DNA of 64,000 nt. Origin: Desulfomicrobium sp. (GTDB lineage Bacteria > Desulfobacterota > Desulfovibrionia > Desulfovibrionales > Desulfomicrobiaceae). Both the position numbers and the translations under genes were made by a program. This document shows, piece after piece, positions 21,149 through 33,098 of this stretch. The stretch is taken from NCBI GenBank assembly GCA_040768745.1, contig JAXGMI010000001.1:832001-896000 (forward strand), read 5' to 3'. The notes under the pieces were generated by a model that searched no databases, had not been told where the DNA came from, and was given only the letters and a program-made list of their open reading frames with translations. Positions within the stretch are counted from its first letter, which is position 1; every line of letters starts with the position of its first letter.

Positions 21149-22570
21149 CTACTTGTAGTACACCTTGATCTCGTTGGTCATGACCGTGCCCATGCCCGGC
21201 GTGGCCTGCCCACTGGCGATGATCACGTTCTCTCCTGGCTTGAACCCGGAGTGTTCCTGCACGAATTTCTCGGCCCGCTTTTGATGGCTCTTGAGTTCCG
21301 TGGTGCTTTCCACAGGGGTGAGCCCCCAGAAGAAGTTCATCCAGCGCATGATCCGCGCGTCAGTGGTCATGGCGTAGATGGGCTGGGCCGGACGGCGGGA
21401 GCTGATGTACCGGGCTGTAGCCCCTGTGGTCGAATGGCACACCAGCGCGGCGCTGTCCGCGTTTTCGGCCATGAGGCAGGCCGAATACGCCAGGAACTTG
21501 GGTGGATTTTTTTCGGCCTTGGGCTTGAAGGGCCCGCCGATTCGATCCAGGAAATAGGGTTCAGCGTACTGTGCGATTTCATTGATAAAGCGGACGGCTT
21601 CCACCGGGTAGCTGCCGACGGCCGTTTCCTCGGACAGCATGACGCAGTCGGTGCCGTCCAGCATGGCGTTGGCCACATCCGTGGATTCTGCACGGGTGGG
21701 TATGGGGTTCTTGACCATGGACAGCAGCATCTGCGTGGCCACGATGGCCGGTTTCTGGGCGTGGCGGCATGAGCGCAGGATCTTTTTCTGGATAATGGGA
21801 AGTTCTGCCGGGCTGCACTCCAGGCCCAGATCCCCGCGCGCGACCATGATGGCGTCCGCCACGTCCAGAATGGAATCGAGCTTGTCCACGGCGTTTTTGC
21901 GTTCGACCTTGGCCACCACAGGGATCCAGGTCCCGTGCTTGGAAATTTCCGTCTTGATGTCCTCGATGTCTTCCTTGCTCTGCACGAAAGATAACGCCAC
22001 GGCGTCAATGCCGATGTCCAACCCCTCATGCAGGTCGCGTCGATCCTTTTCGGTCATGGCCGCAACCCGCAGGGTCTTGCCCGGAAAGGCAATGCCCTTG
22101 TTGGAGGTCAGGATGCCGCCGTTGATGGCCTCCATGAGGACCAAGCGGTCGGGCTCGATGACCCGGCTGACCCGGAACTGCAGCATCCCGTCGGACAGGG
22201 ACACGGGCATGCCCACCTCCAGACCTTCCAACAGCTCCGGCACATCCAGACTGATGAAAATATTGTCTCCAGCCTGGCCGGCCATGTCCGATGCGCCCAG
22301 CATGACCTGAACTCCCTTGCTGATCTGCAAGGGGGAACCCTTGACCTCGCCGATGCGGATCTTGGGTCCGCACAGATCACCCATAACCGTCAGGCAGATT
22401 CCGGTCTCGGCCTCCACCTGACGGATTTTCTGGATGACCGGCTTGAAATAGGCTGCGTCGGAATGAGAAAAATTGAGGCGGAAAACCCTCACTCCGAGCA
22501 TGACCATCTGCTGCATGACCTGCTGGTCCATGGATGCCGGGCCCAGGGTGGCCACTATCTTTGTACGCAT
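21149..22570 (-). CDS. pyk: Pyruvate kinase
   Basis: RTKIVATLGPAS, RLNFSH, IMVARGDLG, ATQMLLSM, PTRAESTDVANA. Confidence 0.97.
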   Translation of the reverse strand: MRTKIVATLGPASMDQQVMQQMVMLGVRVFRLNFSHSDAAYFKPVIQKIRQVEAETGICLTVMGDLCGPKIRIGEVKGSPLQISKGVQVMLGASDMAGQAGDNIFISLDVPELLEGLEVGMPVSLSDGMLQFRVSRVIEPDRLVLMEAINGGILTSNKGIAFPGKTLRVAAMTEKDRRDLHEGLDIGIDAVALSFVQSKEDIEDIKTEISKHGTWIPVVAKVERKNAVDKLDSILDVADAIMVARGDLGLECSPAELPIIQKKILRSCRHAQKPAIVATQMLLSMVKNPIPTRAESTDVANAMLDGTDCVMLSEETAVGSYPVEAVRFINEIAQYAEPYFLDRIGGPFKPKAEKNPPKFLAYSACLMAENADSAALVCHSTTGATARYISSRRPAQPIYAMTTDARIMRWMNFFWGLTPVESTTELKSHQKRAEKFVQEHSGFKPGENVIIASGQATPGMGTVMTNEIKVYYK

Positions 22571-22599
22571 GTGTTTATCCTCGTATTGGTTGTTGCTGA

Positions 22600-24438
22600 C
22601 TAGAAAATTCCATACAGGGGCCGTCCTGGCAGGGCAAGCTCATCCACCTTTTTTTCGATTTCCGGCACGTCCTGCAATGGCGGGGCGTGATAGGTCTTGA
22701 GCCGGGCGTCGACGACCACGGCTCGGCAGCCCCAATGCTTGCAACGGGTGAATGCCCCCAGGCCGTAAATGTCCGTGGCTGGATCGGACCGAGTGAACGT
22801 CACCCACAGAAAATTGTCCCAGGAACTGGCTGCGAAGTCCGCGTCGTCGGCCACAACGATGAGCGGAAAGCCGTCCAACCCCGTGGCCTGCTCCAGAACG
22901 CGGCACAAGCCGTCCATGGCCGGGTCCTGAGTGTCGCGCGGCTGGCCGTGAGGCGGCCCGGAAAGAATCAGGATGCCCGGCGCGAAAAGGCGGGGCGAAT
23001 GGAACCCGTCCGGCAAGGGCAGGCCGTCCGGAAGACGCGTGGCCATGGCCCGCTTGGGGTTTCCGGCAGCGGCCCACAGCGCCTTGGAGCCCTGGTTCAG
23101 GCTGATGCCGGAATAGTCCAGGGTATCCATGGTTGTGCGGGTGATGAAGTGCAGGTCGCGGGAGAGGTCCAGCCGCTCCAGCACATGGTGAAAAAAGGCG
23201 GGCACATTGTGGCAGGACAGGGCCGGATTGTCTTGGCGCGCGGCCAGGACGACGTATTTGGAGAGCGATGTCTGGGTGTTGCCCAGCAGCGACATGCCGT
23301 TGGTGATCAGCTCCTGCGGCTGGCGTTCGCCGGCGTACGGCACGTAGCGCTCGCTGCCCACGGCCAGAAGAAGCGGATGAACCCCGGCCGCATCCACGGC
23401 GTGGACCTCGTGCACCCCGCCGAAGACCTGCGGCACAAGATCGGCCGTCAGTTCGTGGATGAAGGCGCCGAACATGGTGTCTTCCTGCGGTGGGCGGCCC
23501 ACCGTGGTGAACGGCCAGACGGCATCCTCCCGATGCAGCACCTCCTCCACCCGCATGACGGGAAAATCATGCACCAGGCTGTAATAACCCAGATGGTCGC
23601 CAAACGGTCCTTCGGGCTTCTGAGCGCGCGGGTCGATACGCCCCCGGATGCAAAAATCGGCCTCCGCCAGGATGGGAAGTTGACCGGGCATTTTGACCAT
23701 GGGGATGCGGTGTCCGGCCAGGGCCCCGGCGAAAAGGATCTCGGCCATGCCTTCGGGCAGGGGCATGATGGCGGCCAGTGTCATGGCCGGCGGACCGCCC
23801 ACGAAAATGTTGACCGGCAGGGCCTGGCCGCGGGCAATGGCCTCGGCGTGGTGATACCCGATGCCGCGATGGATCTGGTAGTGCAGGCCCACTTCGCGGT
23901 CTTGTTCGAACGCGTTGCCCGAGAGCTGGATGCGGTACATGCCCAGATTGGAACCCATGAGGCCTGGCCTGGACGGGCTCTCGGTGTACACCAGAGGCAG
24001 GGTCACATAGGCCCCGCCGTCTCCGGGCCAGGACACCAGCTGGGGCAGCTGCGAAACCGCGGTCTTCCGGGCCAGAACCGGGCCGTCCCTGACCGTCTTG
24101 GGCAGGGTATGCCACCCGCCCAGGGCCACGGCTGGCCACAGGCGGGGCCTTTTGAGAACCGCGGGCGGATCGGCTTTGGCCGCGAGCATGGCCTCCACCC
24201 GGCGCAGGGTCGAGCGGAAGATAAACTTGGTCCGTTCCAGCGTGCCGAAAATATTGGCGGCCATGGGGAAGCGCGAGCCCTTGACGTTGGTGAAGAGCAG
24301 GGCCGGCCCCCCGGCCCGGAAGACCCGGCGTTGGATGGCGCCGGCCTCCAGACAGGGGTCCACCAGCGTGTCGATGCGGACAAGTTGCCTGGTCCGCTCC
24401 AGATCATCGAGGCAGGATTTGAGATTTCGATGGATCAT
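22600..24438 (-). CDS. UbiD-family prFMN-dependent decarboxylase (long form; candidate futalosine-pathway MqnL)
   Basis: NLGMYRIQ, PEGPFGDHLGYYS, GRPPQED, TMDTLDYSG; start MIHRNL after GGAGA. Confidence 0.88.
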   Translation of the reverse strand: MIHRNLKSCLDDLERTRQLVRIDTLVDPCLEAGAIQRRVFRAGGPALLFTNVKGSRFPMAANIFGTLERTKFIFRSTLRRVEAMLAAKADPPAVLKRPRLWPAVALGGWHTLPKTVRDGPVLARKTAVSQLPQLVSWPGDGGAYVTLPLVYTESPSRPGLMGSNLGMYRIQLSGNAFEQDREVGLHYQIHRGIGYHHAEAIARGQALPVNIFVGGPPAMTLAAIMPLPEGMAEILFAGALAGHRIPMVKMPGQLPILAEADFCIRGRIDPRAQKPEGPFGDHLGYYSLVHDFPVMRVEEVLHREDAVWPFTTVGRPPQEDTMFGAFIHELTADLVPQVFGGVHEVHAVDAAGVHPLLLAVGSERYVPYAGERQPQELITNGMSLLGNTQTSLSKYVVLAARQDNPALSCHNVPAFFHHVLERLDLSRDLHFITRTTMDTLDYSGISLNQGSKALWAAAGNPKRAMATRLPDGLPLPDGFHSPRLFAPGILILSGPPHGQPRDTQDPAMDGLCRVLEQATGLDGFPLIVVADDADFAASSWDNFLWVTFTRSDPATDIYGLGAFTRCKHWGCRAVVVDARLKTYHAPPLQDVPEIEKKVDELALPGRPLYGIF

Positions 24439-24566
24439 GTCGTCTCCGTGGGTTGGAGACACGGTTCTAGGCAAGAGGGGCCTGTTTGTCATCTTTTCTG
24501 ATCTTCAGACTGGACCCTGTCCTCCCTCCGGGCTATGCATCGCCGAAACGCATCATGGAGACATCT

Positions 24567-25481
24567 ATGGCTATTCCGGATTTTCAAACCATCATGCTGC
24601 CCCTGCTCTCCTTGGCCGGGGATCACGCCGAGCATTCCCTGGCCCAAGCACGCGAAGTCCTGGCCCGGCATTTCGCCCTGACTCCAGAAGAGCTGGCAGC
24701 TAAACTCCCCAGCGGACGGCAGACAACCTTCAGTAACCGCGTGGCCTGGGCCAAGGTCTATTTGACCATGGCCGGCCTGCTCGGATCACCCAAGCGCGGA
24801 ATGCTGAGGATCACCCCCCTGGGCGAAACTGTTCTCCGCGATCCGCCTGAACGCATGACTATCAAGTTTCTCGAACAATTCCCATCGTTCCTCCAATTCC
24901 GAAAGGGAGCGGACAATACTCCGCAAAATGATCCAGAATACCTGACTCCCGCCAACGGATCCGAAACCCCCGTGGAGCTGCTCGAATCCGCCTGCCTGCA
25001 GCTCCGAAATGAGCTGGCCGCATCACTGACCCGGCACATCAAGACTAATTCCTGGGAATTTTTCGAAGATCTGGTGGTTAAGCTTCTCGTGACCATGGGT
25101 TACGGAGGTTCGGTCAAAGACGCGGGTCAGGCGACGCGGAAAACAGCGGACCAGGGGATCGACGGCATCATCAAGCAGGATAGGCTAGGCCTTGATACCA
25201 TCTACCTGCAGGCAAAACGGTGGGAAGGGGTTGTCGGCAGGCCGGAAATCCAAAAATTCGTCGGCGCCCTGCACGGTCAACGCGCCAAAAAAGGCATCTT
25301 CATCACCACCAGTCATTTTTCTGCTGAAGCGAGGGACTACGCCCGGCAGATCGACCCCAAGATCGTCATCATCGACGGGGCGGAACTGGTCCAGCTCATG
25401 ATCGACCATGACCTGGGCGTGAGTCCTGTCGAAACCTATGTCATCAAGCGCGTGGATACGGACTTTTTTGTGGAGGATTGA
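24567..25481 (+). CDS. mrr: Mrr type IV restriction endonuclease
   Basis: Mrr_N (MAIPDFQTIMLPLL...FSNRVAWAKVYL) and Mrr_cat (FEDLVVKLL..MGYG, ADQGIDGII, IYLQAKRW, KGIFITTS); 304 aa. Confidence 0.93.
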   Translation: MAIPDFQTIMLPLLSLAGDHAEHSLAQAREVLARHFALTPEELAAKLPSGRQTTFSNRVAWAKVYLTMAGLLGSPKRGMLRITPLGETVLRDPPERMTIKFLEQFPSFLQFRKGADNTPQNDPEYLTPANGSETPVELLESACLQLRNELAASLTRHIKTNSWEFFEDLVVKLLVTMGYGGSVKDAGQATRKTADQGIDGIIKQDRLGLDTIYLQAKRWEGVVGRPEIQKFVGALHGQRAKKGIFITTSHFSAEARDYARQIDPKIVIIDGAELVQLMIDHDLGVSPVETYVIKRVDTDFFVED

Positions 25482-25484
25482 TTT

Positions 25485-25883
25485 TCAGTGATAGAAGCGG
25501 ATCTGCACGTTGGGGCTCTGCCGCCACTCGTCGAACTTCTTCCGGAGCCAACGTTTGAAGATGTCGCGAGTGCCGGGCAGCAGGATCAGAAGCCCGGCGA
25601 CGTCCGTCAGGAAACCCGGGGCCAGCAGGACCATGCCGGCCAGGAAGATGAGCAGGCCGTCCAGAAGTTCCTCTGCCGGCATGTAGCCCTGGGCCAGGTT
25701 CTCGCGAATGCGCAGCATGACCGAGAGCCCCTGCATGCGGGCCAGGTACGCCCCGGCCAGGGCAGTCAGGAGTACCAGGGCAATGGTCGGCAAGACGCCG
25801 ATGACGCTGCCGACACTGACCAGAACGTAGATCTCGGCCACGGGTACGACGGCAAAGAGCAGAAAAAGCTTGCCGAACATCAT
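25485..25883 (-). CDS. fxsA: FxsA family membrane protein
   Basis: PVAEIYVL, GAYLARMQG, LLAPGFLTDVAGLLILLP. Confidence 0.92.
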   Translation of the reverse strand: MMFGKLFLLFAVVPVAEIYVLVSVGSVIGVLPTIALVLLTALAGAYLARMQGLSVMLRIRENLAQGYMPAEELLDGLLIFLAGMVLLAPGFLTDVAGLLILLPGTRDIFKRWLRKKFDEWRQSPNVQIRFYH

Positions 25884-27115
25884 CCCTCCCGGCCCGCCAG
25901 CTGGTCCATGGTCTCGCGGTCGCGCAGGCCCAGGAAGTAGAGCACACCGTCCAGACCGACGTTGGAGATGGCCTGTCCCGCGCCCTGCCGGACCAGGGGT
26001 TTGGCATGGAAGGCAATGCCCAGGCCGGCCACGTCGAGCATGGGCAGATCATTGGCCCCGTCGCCCACGGCGATGACCTGGGACAGGGAAATATTCTCCT
26101 TGGCCGCGATCTCCTTCAAAAGCCTCGCCTTGCCCGGACCGTCCACGATATCGCCCACCAGCCCGCCGGTCAGCGCGCCATCGCGGATCTCCAGTTCGTT
26201 GGCATACACATAGTCGAAGCCCAGCTTGTCCTGCAGACGGCGGCCGAAATAATTGAACCCGCCGGACAGGATGGCGATGGTGTAGCCAAGGTTTTTGAGG
26301 GTGCGGACGAGGCGCTCTGCCCCTTCGGTCATGGTCAGGGTGGCGGCCACGTCCTGCAGTACGGATTCGGACAACCCCTGGAGCAAGCCGACCCGCTTGC
26401 GCAGGCTCTGGCAAAAATCCAGCTCCCCGCGCATGGCCGCTTCCGTGATGGCCGCGACCTCGGCCCCCACTCCGGCGCGCTTGGCCAACTCGTCGATGAC
26501 CTCGGCCTGGATCAGGGTCGAATCCATGTCAAAACAGACCAGGCGACGAATGCGGCGGAAGGCGTTGTCCTCCTGAAACCCGATGTCGATGCCCTGCTCC
26601 CTGGAAAGATCCAGGAAGGCTGCCCGCATGGCCGAGATATCCCTGGGCGTGCCCCGCACCGAAAATTCCACACAGGCCCGGGGCATGGCCGGCGGCTTGG
26701 CCAGTGAACGGCGCCCGGACAGGCGGGTGATGCAATCCACGCTCAGACCGTTGGCTGTGATGACCTCGGACATGGCCGCCAGATTTGCGGCAGTGAGGGT
26801 CCGGCCCAACACCGTCACGATGTGCCGCCTGCGGCCTTGCATGCCGACCCAGCGTTCGTAGTCGTCCTCGGTCACGGGTGAAAATTTGAGATTGAGCCCC
26901 TGGTTGTGTGACCAGAACAGAAGGTCCTTCAGGATTGGCGAGGATTCATGCTCGCGCGGGACTTCAATGAGCACTCCGAAAGACAGGTCGTCGTGGATGA
27001 CGGACTGGCTGATGTCCAGGACAGTCACCCCGAAGGCGGCCAGCTGGCCCATGATCCCGGCCAACAGGCCGTCCCGATCAGCGCCGGACATTTGAATGAG
27101 GATGATTTCGCGCAT
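25880..27115 (-). CDS. serB: Phosphoserine phosphatase with N-terminal ACT domains
   Basis: ACT GADRDGL; HAD motifs FDMDSTLIQAEVIDELA, LSGGF, AVGDGANDLPM. Confidence 0.95.
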   Translation of the reverse strand: MREIILIQMSGADRDGLLAGIMGQLAAFGVTVLDISQSVIHDDLSFGVLIEVPREHESSPILKDLLFWSHNQGLNLKFSPVTEDDYERWVGMQGRRRHIVTVLGRTLTAANLAAMSEVITANGLSVDCITRLSGRRSLAKPPAMPRACVEFSVRGTPRDISAMRAAFLDLSREQGIDIGFQEDNAFRRIRRLVCFDMDSTLIQAEVIDELAKRAGVGAEVAAITEAAMRGELDFCQSLRKRVGLLQGLSESVLQDVAATLTMTEGAERLVRTLKNLGYTIAILSGGFNYFGRRLQDKLGFDYVYANELEIRDGALTGGLVGDIVDGPGKARLLKEIAAKENISLSQVIAVGDGANDLPMLDVAGLGIAFHAKPLVRQGAGQAISNVGLDGVLYFLGLRDRETMDQLAGREG

Positions 27116-27244
27116 AGCTCTGATTACATCGATATTCTGAACGGAAGGACCGAATGCCTGACACAAAACCACGCATCCCGGTATGCACGCCCTGATCCAC
27201 GGGGATGGCCCCCCTTCGCATGCGGATGAGACCCGCAAAAAACA

Positions 27245-28090
27245 TCATTTGTGCAGAAGACCCCAGATGCGGATGGCCGCCCACTCCAGCACCACGGCCG
27301 GATTGGCGCCCACATCCAGGCTTTCGATTGCGTTTTCGACAATGACCCCGGCCTGCCGCACAGCCACCACATCCAATCGCCCCGCCAAAAGGCGGGCCAG
27401 ATCGGTCAGCGGGGCCCCGTATCCGGCCTGCACCAATGCACGCTGCACATCACGCAAAACCCGTCCGGCAAGGCGTACATCCACATTTCCCTTCCGTCCG
27501 GTCCACTCCAGCCACAGCCCTCTGCCGGATTGGATGAATTCGACCAGGGCCGCGATCCAATCCTGGATTTCGGGATCCTCCTCCCCCGCCCTGGGCCAAC
27601 CCAGGGTCAGCACGAAGCTGCGGGAGACCAGGGTCGGCAGCAGGACTTCCCGGCTGGGGGCCAGGAGGACAAAAACGTTCCCGAGCCGGGGCTCCTCCAG
27701 GGATTTGAGCAGGGCGTTGGCAGCGGCATCACCCAGGGCCTGGGCCTCGGCCAAAATGATGACCCGAGGCCCCCGACCGGCAGGGGGGTCGCCCAGCATG
27801 GCCCGGATTTCCCGCACGGTGTCGATGGCAATGGCACCTTCGGAACCGTTGACCAGCACGAGATCGCGAAAGGCATCATCCGCCACTTGCCTGCAGATCC
27901 GGCAAACCCCGCAGGGCGGTTCTGCCTCATGGCAACTGAGGCGCGCGGCCCAATACAGGCCCAAGCCCAACCGCTCCGCCTCGGTCCCGCCCTCCAACAG
28001 GAGGGACTTGGGCGGGGCCTGGGCCAGCCTGTCCAGAAAAACACGGATCCGGGGCTGTCGCGAGACAGATGCAGTCCAGGGCGCTGTCAT
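27245..28090 (-). CDS. holB: DNA polymerase III delta' subunit
   Basis: Zn module C...PCGVCRIC, AANALLKSLEEP, LLPTLVSRS. Confidence 0.85.
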   Translation of the reverse strand: MTAPWTASVSRQPRIRVFLDRLAQAPPKSLLLEGGTEAERLGLGLYWAARLSCHEAEPPCGVCRICRQVADDAFRDLVLVNGSEGAIAIDTVREIRAMLGDPPAGRGPRVIILAEAQALGDAAANALLKSLEEPRLGNVFVLLAPSREVLLPTLVSRSFVLTLGWPRAGEEDPEIQDWIAALVEFIQSGRGLWLEWTGRKGNVDVRLAGRVLRDVQRALVQAGYGAPLTDLARLLAGRLDVVAVRQAGVIVENAIESLDVGANPAVVLEWAAIRIWGLLHK

Positions 28091-28114
28091 GGGAAAAGGG
28101 AAACGACCCGACCT

Positions 28115-29437
<1,323 letters not shown>

Positions 29438-29642
29438 TCACATTCTTTCCTACGGACTGCCAGCATTGAAGTCAATTTGGAGAGTCGATGGGTGGCCCAC
29501 GGCTCATTCAATTCCAGGCCATACAGTCCGTGCGGGTACCCCCAGCGCGGGATTTGCCGTTGGGCAGGGCCTGTGCTAGTGCCCCTTGAATTCATGCGAC
29601 AGACCTGAGGTCTGTCGCAAACATTCTTTTCGGAGCACATCC

Positions 29643-30917
29643 ATGCGCGATCTCAAGAAAATGTATCATACACTCCAACGGGACTCCTTTCCCGAAACCC
29701 TGGCCCTGACCCTGGGCGATCAGACCATCCGTTTCACCAAAAAAACCTGGAACATCGGCGGCGAGCAACGGGGCCTCCGCTACGGCGAAAACCCGGATCA
29801 GCCAGCTGCCTTGTACCAAGTGGCCGAAAGCTCCTTCGCCATGGACGGGGTGGCCTTCCAGCAGGGCCAGCACAAGCTCGTCTCGGCCCTGACCGAGGAA
29901 AACCTGATCCAGTCCGGCAAGCATCCCGGCAAGATCAACCTGACCGACGTGGACAACGGCATCAACATACTGCAGTACCTGACAGCCAAACCCGCGGCCA
30001 TCATCCTGAAACACAACAATCCCTGCGGTGCTGCCTGGTCTGCCGACGGCCTGTACGCGGCCCTGTCCAGGGCCTTCGCCTCGGACCGCATCGCAGCCTT
30101 TGGCGGAACCATCGTCGTCAACCGCACCCTGGACAAGACCTGTGCCCAATTCATCAACGCGAGCTATTTCGAGGTCATCGCGGCTCCGGACTATGAACCC
30201 GAGGCCCTGGCCGAGCTGATCGCCAAGAAGAATCTGCGCATCATCCGTCTTCCGGCCCTGGCCGAGTTGGACAGCATGGTCGGCACCCCTTTTCTGGACA
30301 TAAAGTCCCTGGTGGACGGAGGTCTCATCATCCAGGCCTCCTTCCGGAACCGCATCCTGTCCGCAGATGATTTCCTGCCTGCCGAAGCCACCAAGGACGG
30401 CACCACATTCCTGGCCCGAAAGCCGTCGACCCAGGAAGCCGACGACCTGCTTTTCGCCTGGGCCGTGGAATCGGGCGTGACCTCGAATTCCATCATCTTT
30501 GCCCGGGACGGGGCCACAGTGTCCATCGGCACGGGTGAGCAGGATCGGGTTGGCTGCGTGGAACTGACCATCCAGAAGGCCTACACGAAATACGCGGACA
30601 AGCTGGCTTTTGCCCGCCACGGTCTGTCACTCTACGAACTGAAGCAAAAGGCCCTGACAGACAAGGAACTGGCCGCGTCCCTGACCGAACTCCTGGCCCG
30701 GACCGAGGCGGACAAGGGTGGGTTGCCTGGCAGCGTTCTTGTTTCGGATGGATTCTTCCCCTTCCGCGACGGCGTGGATCTGGCCATCGCCCAGGGGGTG
30801 ACCGCCATTGCCCAGCCCGGGGGGTCCATCCGGGACTTCGAAATCATCCAGGCCGTGAACGAAGCCGCCCCGCAAGTGGCCATGGTCTTCACCGGTCAAC
30901 GTTCCTTCAAACACTAG
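29643..30917 (+). CDS. Stand-alone AICAR transformylase-like half of PurH
   Basis: LRYGENPDQPAALY, KHNNPCG, AFGG, SDGFFPFRDG, QPGGSIRD, MVFTGQRSFKH; lacks the N-terminal IMP cyclohydrolase domain. Confidence 0.85.
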   Translation: MRDLKKMYHTLQRDSFPETLALTLGDQTIRFTKKTWNIGGEQRGLRYGENPDQPAALYQVAESSFAMDGVAFQQGQHKLVSALTEENLIQSGKHPGKINLTDVDNGINILQYLTAKPAAIILKHNNPCGAAWSADGLYAALSRAFASDRIAAFGGTIVVNRTLDKTCAQFINASYFEVIAAPDYEPEALAELIAKKNLRIIRLPALAELDSMVGTPFLDIKSLVDGGLIIQASFRNRILSADDFLPAEATKDGTTFLARKPSTQEADDLLFAWAVESGVTSNSIIFARDGATVSIGTGEQDRVGCVELTIQKAYTKYADKLAFARHGLSLYELKQKALTDKELAASLTELLARTEADKGGLPGSVLVSDGFFPFRDGVDLAIAQGVTAIAQPGGSIRDFEIIQAVNEAAPQVAMVFTGQRSFKH

Positions 30918-30976
30918 GCGCCCACAGCCTCCACAAACCGCTCCGGGCGACGCGCGCGACGCGCATAAGGCCATGT

Positions 30977-33019
30977 ATGTCCACTATCGCTCCCCTGCAG
31001 CCGGGATGCATCATGGAGTTCCTGCAGGACAACCAGCCCATCGTGGCATGGGTCCTGGAAGTCCAGGGTGCTCGTCTGCGCGTCTTCACCGCTGGGCAAC
31101 GCGAACTCAAGCTCCCCCTGTCCCGGGTTCTGCCGTGGACAGGGCCACAGTGCAGCGCCAACGCCAGTCGGCAGGACATGCTCGATCTGCTGCGCACCCA
31201 TCATGCCCGCAGGGATCGTCTGGCTGAATCCATCGACCCCTTGGAAATCTGGGAATTGGCCCAGGGCGAACTGGACGAAGCCGAAACCGATTGGTTCGCC
31301 AGCCTCATCTTCGAGGCTCCCAGCCCGGACCAGCTTGCGGCCCTGGGCCGCAAGCTGCTGCAGACCAAGACCCATTTCAAGTTCTCCCCGCCCAAATTCG
31401 AGATCTACGCCCAGGACGTTGTGGAGCGCCGCCAGGAGGAACTGCGCAAGGCCCAGGAGCGGGAACGACTGGTGGGCTTTGGCCAGGTTTTCCTGCGCGG
31501 GCTGTGGGACATCTTTTGCAAACGCAAAAGCTCAATCCCTGAACCCGAGCCGGACCAGTCCGCACGGATCAGAACCCTGCTCATGACCCGCATCGCAAAC
31601 CCCGACGACAGGGATTCGGAAACCCTGTGGAAGACCATGAGCCAGGGCCTTCCTGAGGAGCCGTTTTTGCCCCTGTACCTGGCCCAGGCCTGGGGCATTG
31701 TGCCACGGCATTACAATTTCCATCTGGTCCGGGCCGAGTACGACTGGGACCCGGACTGGTCCACGGAACACGCGCCGGCCATAAGCGAGGTGCAGGATCG
31801 CGCCCTGGCCACCCGGACAGCGCCACTGGCCAGCATCGTGACCATTGATTCGGCCAGCACGCAGGACATCGACGACGGTTTCAGTCTGGAGCGCGACGCC
31901 AACGGCTTCATCCTGCGCCAGGCCCTGGCCTGTCCACCGCTGGGCTGGGAATTCGGCAGTCCCCTGGACCGGGCCGTGCAGCACCGCTTCACCTCCCTGT
32001 ACCTGCCAGAAGGCACGAGCCACATGCTCCCCGAAAGCCTGGGCACCGATTTTTTCTCGCTCAAGGAAGGATGTGATCGACCCGCTCTGCTCCTGACCTT
32101 CGACCTGGATGACCTGGGCGCAATCCGCTCCGTTGTCCCGCAGATCGCCTGGGTGCATGTCGAGGCCAACCTGACCTACACCGGCGTGGAACTGGAGGTC
32201 CAATCGGGTGCCCACGGCATGCTGCATGACGCCCGCGACCTGGCCGCCTTGCTGCGCGAGTCCCGGATTCGTGACCACGCCGTGATCATGGACCAGCCTG
32301 ACCCGCGCGTGGTCCTGTCCGGAGACATGTCCAGCCCTGAAGTCCTGGTGGCCCAGACCGAATCCGCGCCCGAGGCGCAGATGATCGTGTCAGAGTTCAT
32401 GATCCTGGCCAACAAAGCCATGGCCTCGTGGGCCCTGGATAACGGTGTGGCACTCCTTTTCCGCACCCAGAACATCACCCTGCCGGCGGAAAGCGCGGGT
32501 GTGTGGACCGAGCCGACGGACATCTACCGCATCATCAACAACATGGGTCCGTCCATCCTGGAATGCGAACCCAAGCGCCACGCCACCATCGGGGCCCGGG
32601 CCTACGCCCCCGTGACCTCACCCCTGCGGCGCTACTCGGATTTTATCAACATGGCCCAGATTCTGGCCAAGCTGACGGGACAGGGGCGGCTTCTGAACAG
32701 GAACGAACTGGAAGGCCTGCTCCCCCTGCTTTCCAGTCGGGCCGAAATGACCGGTCAGGTCCAGCGCATGCGCCCAAGATACTGGAAATATGAATACTTC
32801 AGACAAAATGCAAAAAAAATGCGTTGGTCCGGGATCATCGTCGACCCCGGGAGCGTCCTCGTCACCATCGCCCTCCCGGAGATGCAGCTTTTCCTCAAGG
32901 CACCGCGGAAGATATTCGGGGACAAGATCAGATTGGGACAACGCTTTTCCATCCGCATCGGGAAGGTCGACCCTCTGAACAACGAGATCAAGATCGTCGA
33001 GGCATGGGAAGAGGAATGA
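30977..33019 (+). CDS. RNB-domain (RNase II/R family) exoribonuclease
   Basis: TIDSASTQDIDDGFS, SEFMILAN, VTSPLRRYSD. Confidence 0.9.
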   Translation: MSTIAPLQPGCIMEFLQDNQPIVAWVLEVQGARLRVFTAGQRELKLPLSRVLPWTGPQCSANASRQDMLDLLRTHHARRDRLAESIDPLEIWELAQGELDEAETDWFASLIFEAPSPDQLAALGRKLLQTKTHFKFSPPKFEIYAQDVVERRQEELRKAQERERLVGFGQVFLRGLWDIFCKRKSSIPEPEPDQSARIRTLLMTRIANPDDRDSETLWKTMSQGLPEEPFLPLYLAQAWGIVPRHYNFHLVRAEYDWDPDWSTEHAPAISEVQDRALATRTAPLASIVTIDSASTQDIDDGFSLERDANGFILRQALACPPLGWEFGSPLDRAVQHRFTSLYLPEGTSHMLPESLGTDFFSLKEGCDRPALLLTFDLDDLGAIRSVVPQIAWVHVEANLTYTGVELEVQSGAHGMLHDARDLAALLRESRIRDHAVIMDQPDPRVVLSGDMSSPEVLVAQTESAPEAQMIVSEFMILANKAMASWALDNGVALLFRTQNITLPAESAGVWTEPTDIYRIINNMGPSILECEPKRHATIGARAYAPVTSPLRRYSDFINMAQILAKLTGQGRLLNRNELEGLLPLLSSRAEMTGQVQRMRPRYWKYEYFRQNAKKMRWSGIIVDPGSVLVTIALPEMQLFLKAPRKIFGDKIRLGQRFSIRIGKVDPLNNEIKIVEAWEEE

Positions 33020-33098
33020 TCTTGTCCCACCTCTTTTTTTCACGTAGTGAAATCCGGCACATGTCCACCCGAAACCCCCTCAAAACAGGAGTATGCAC

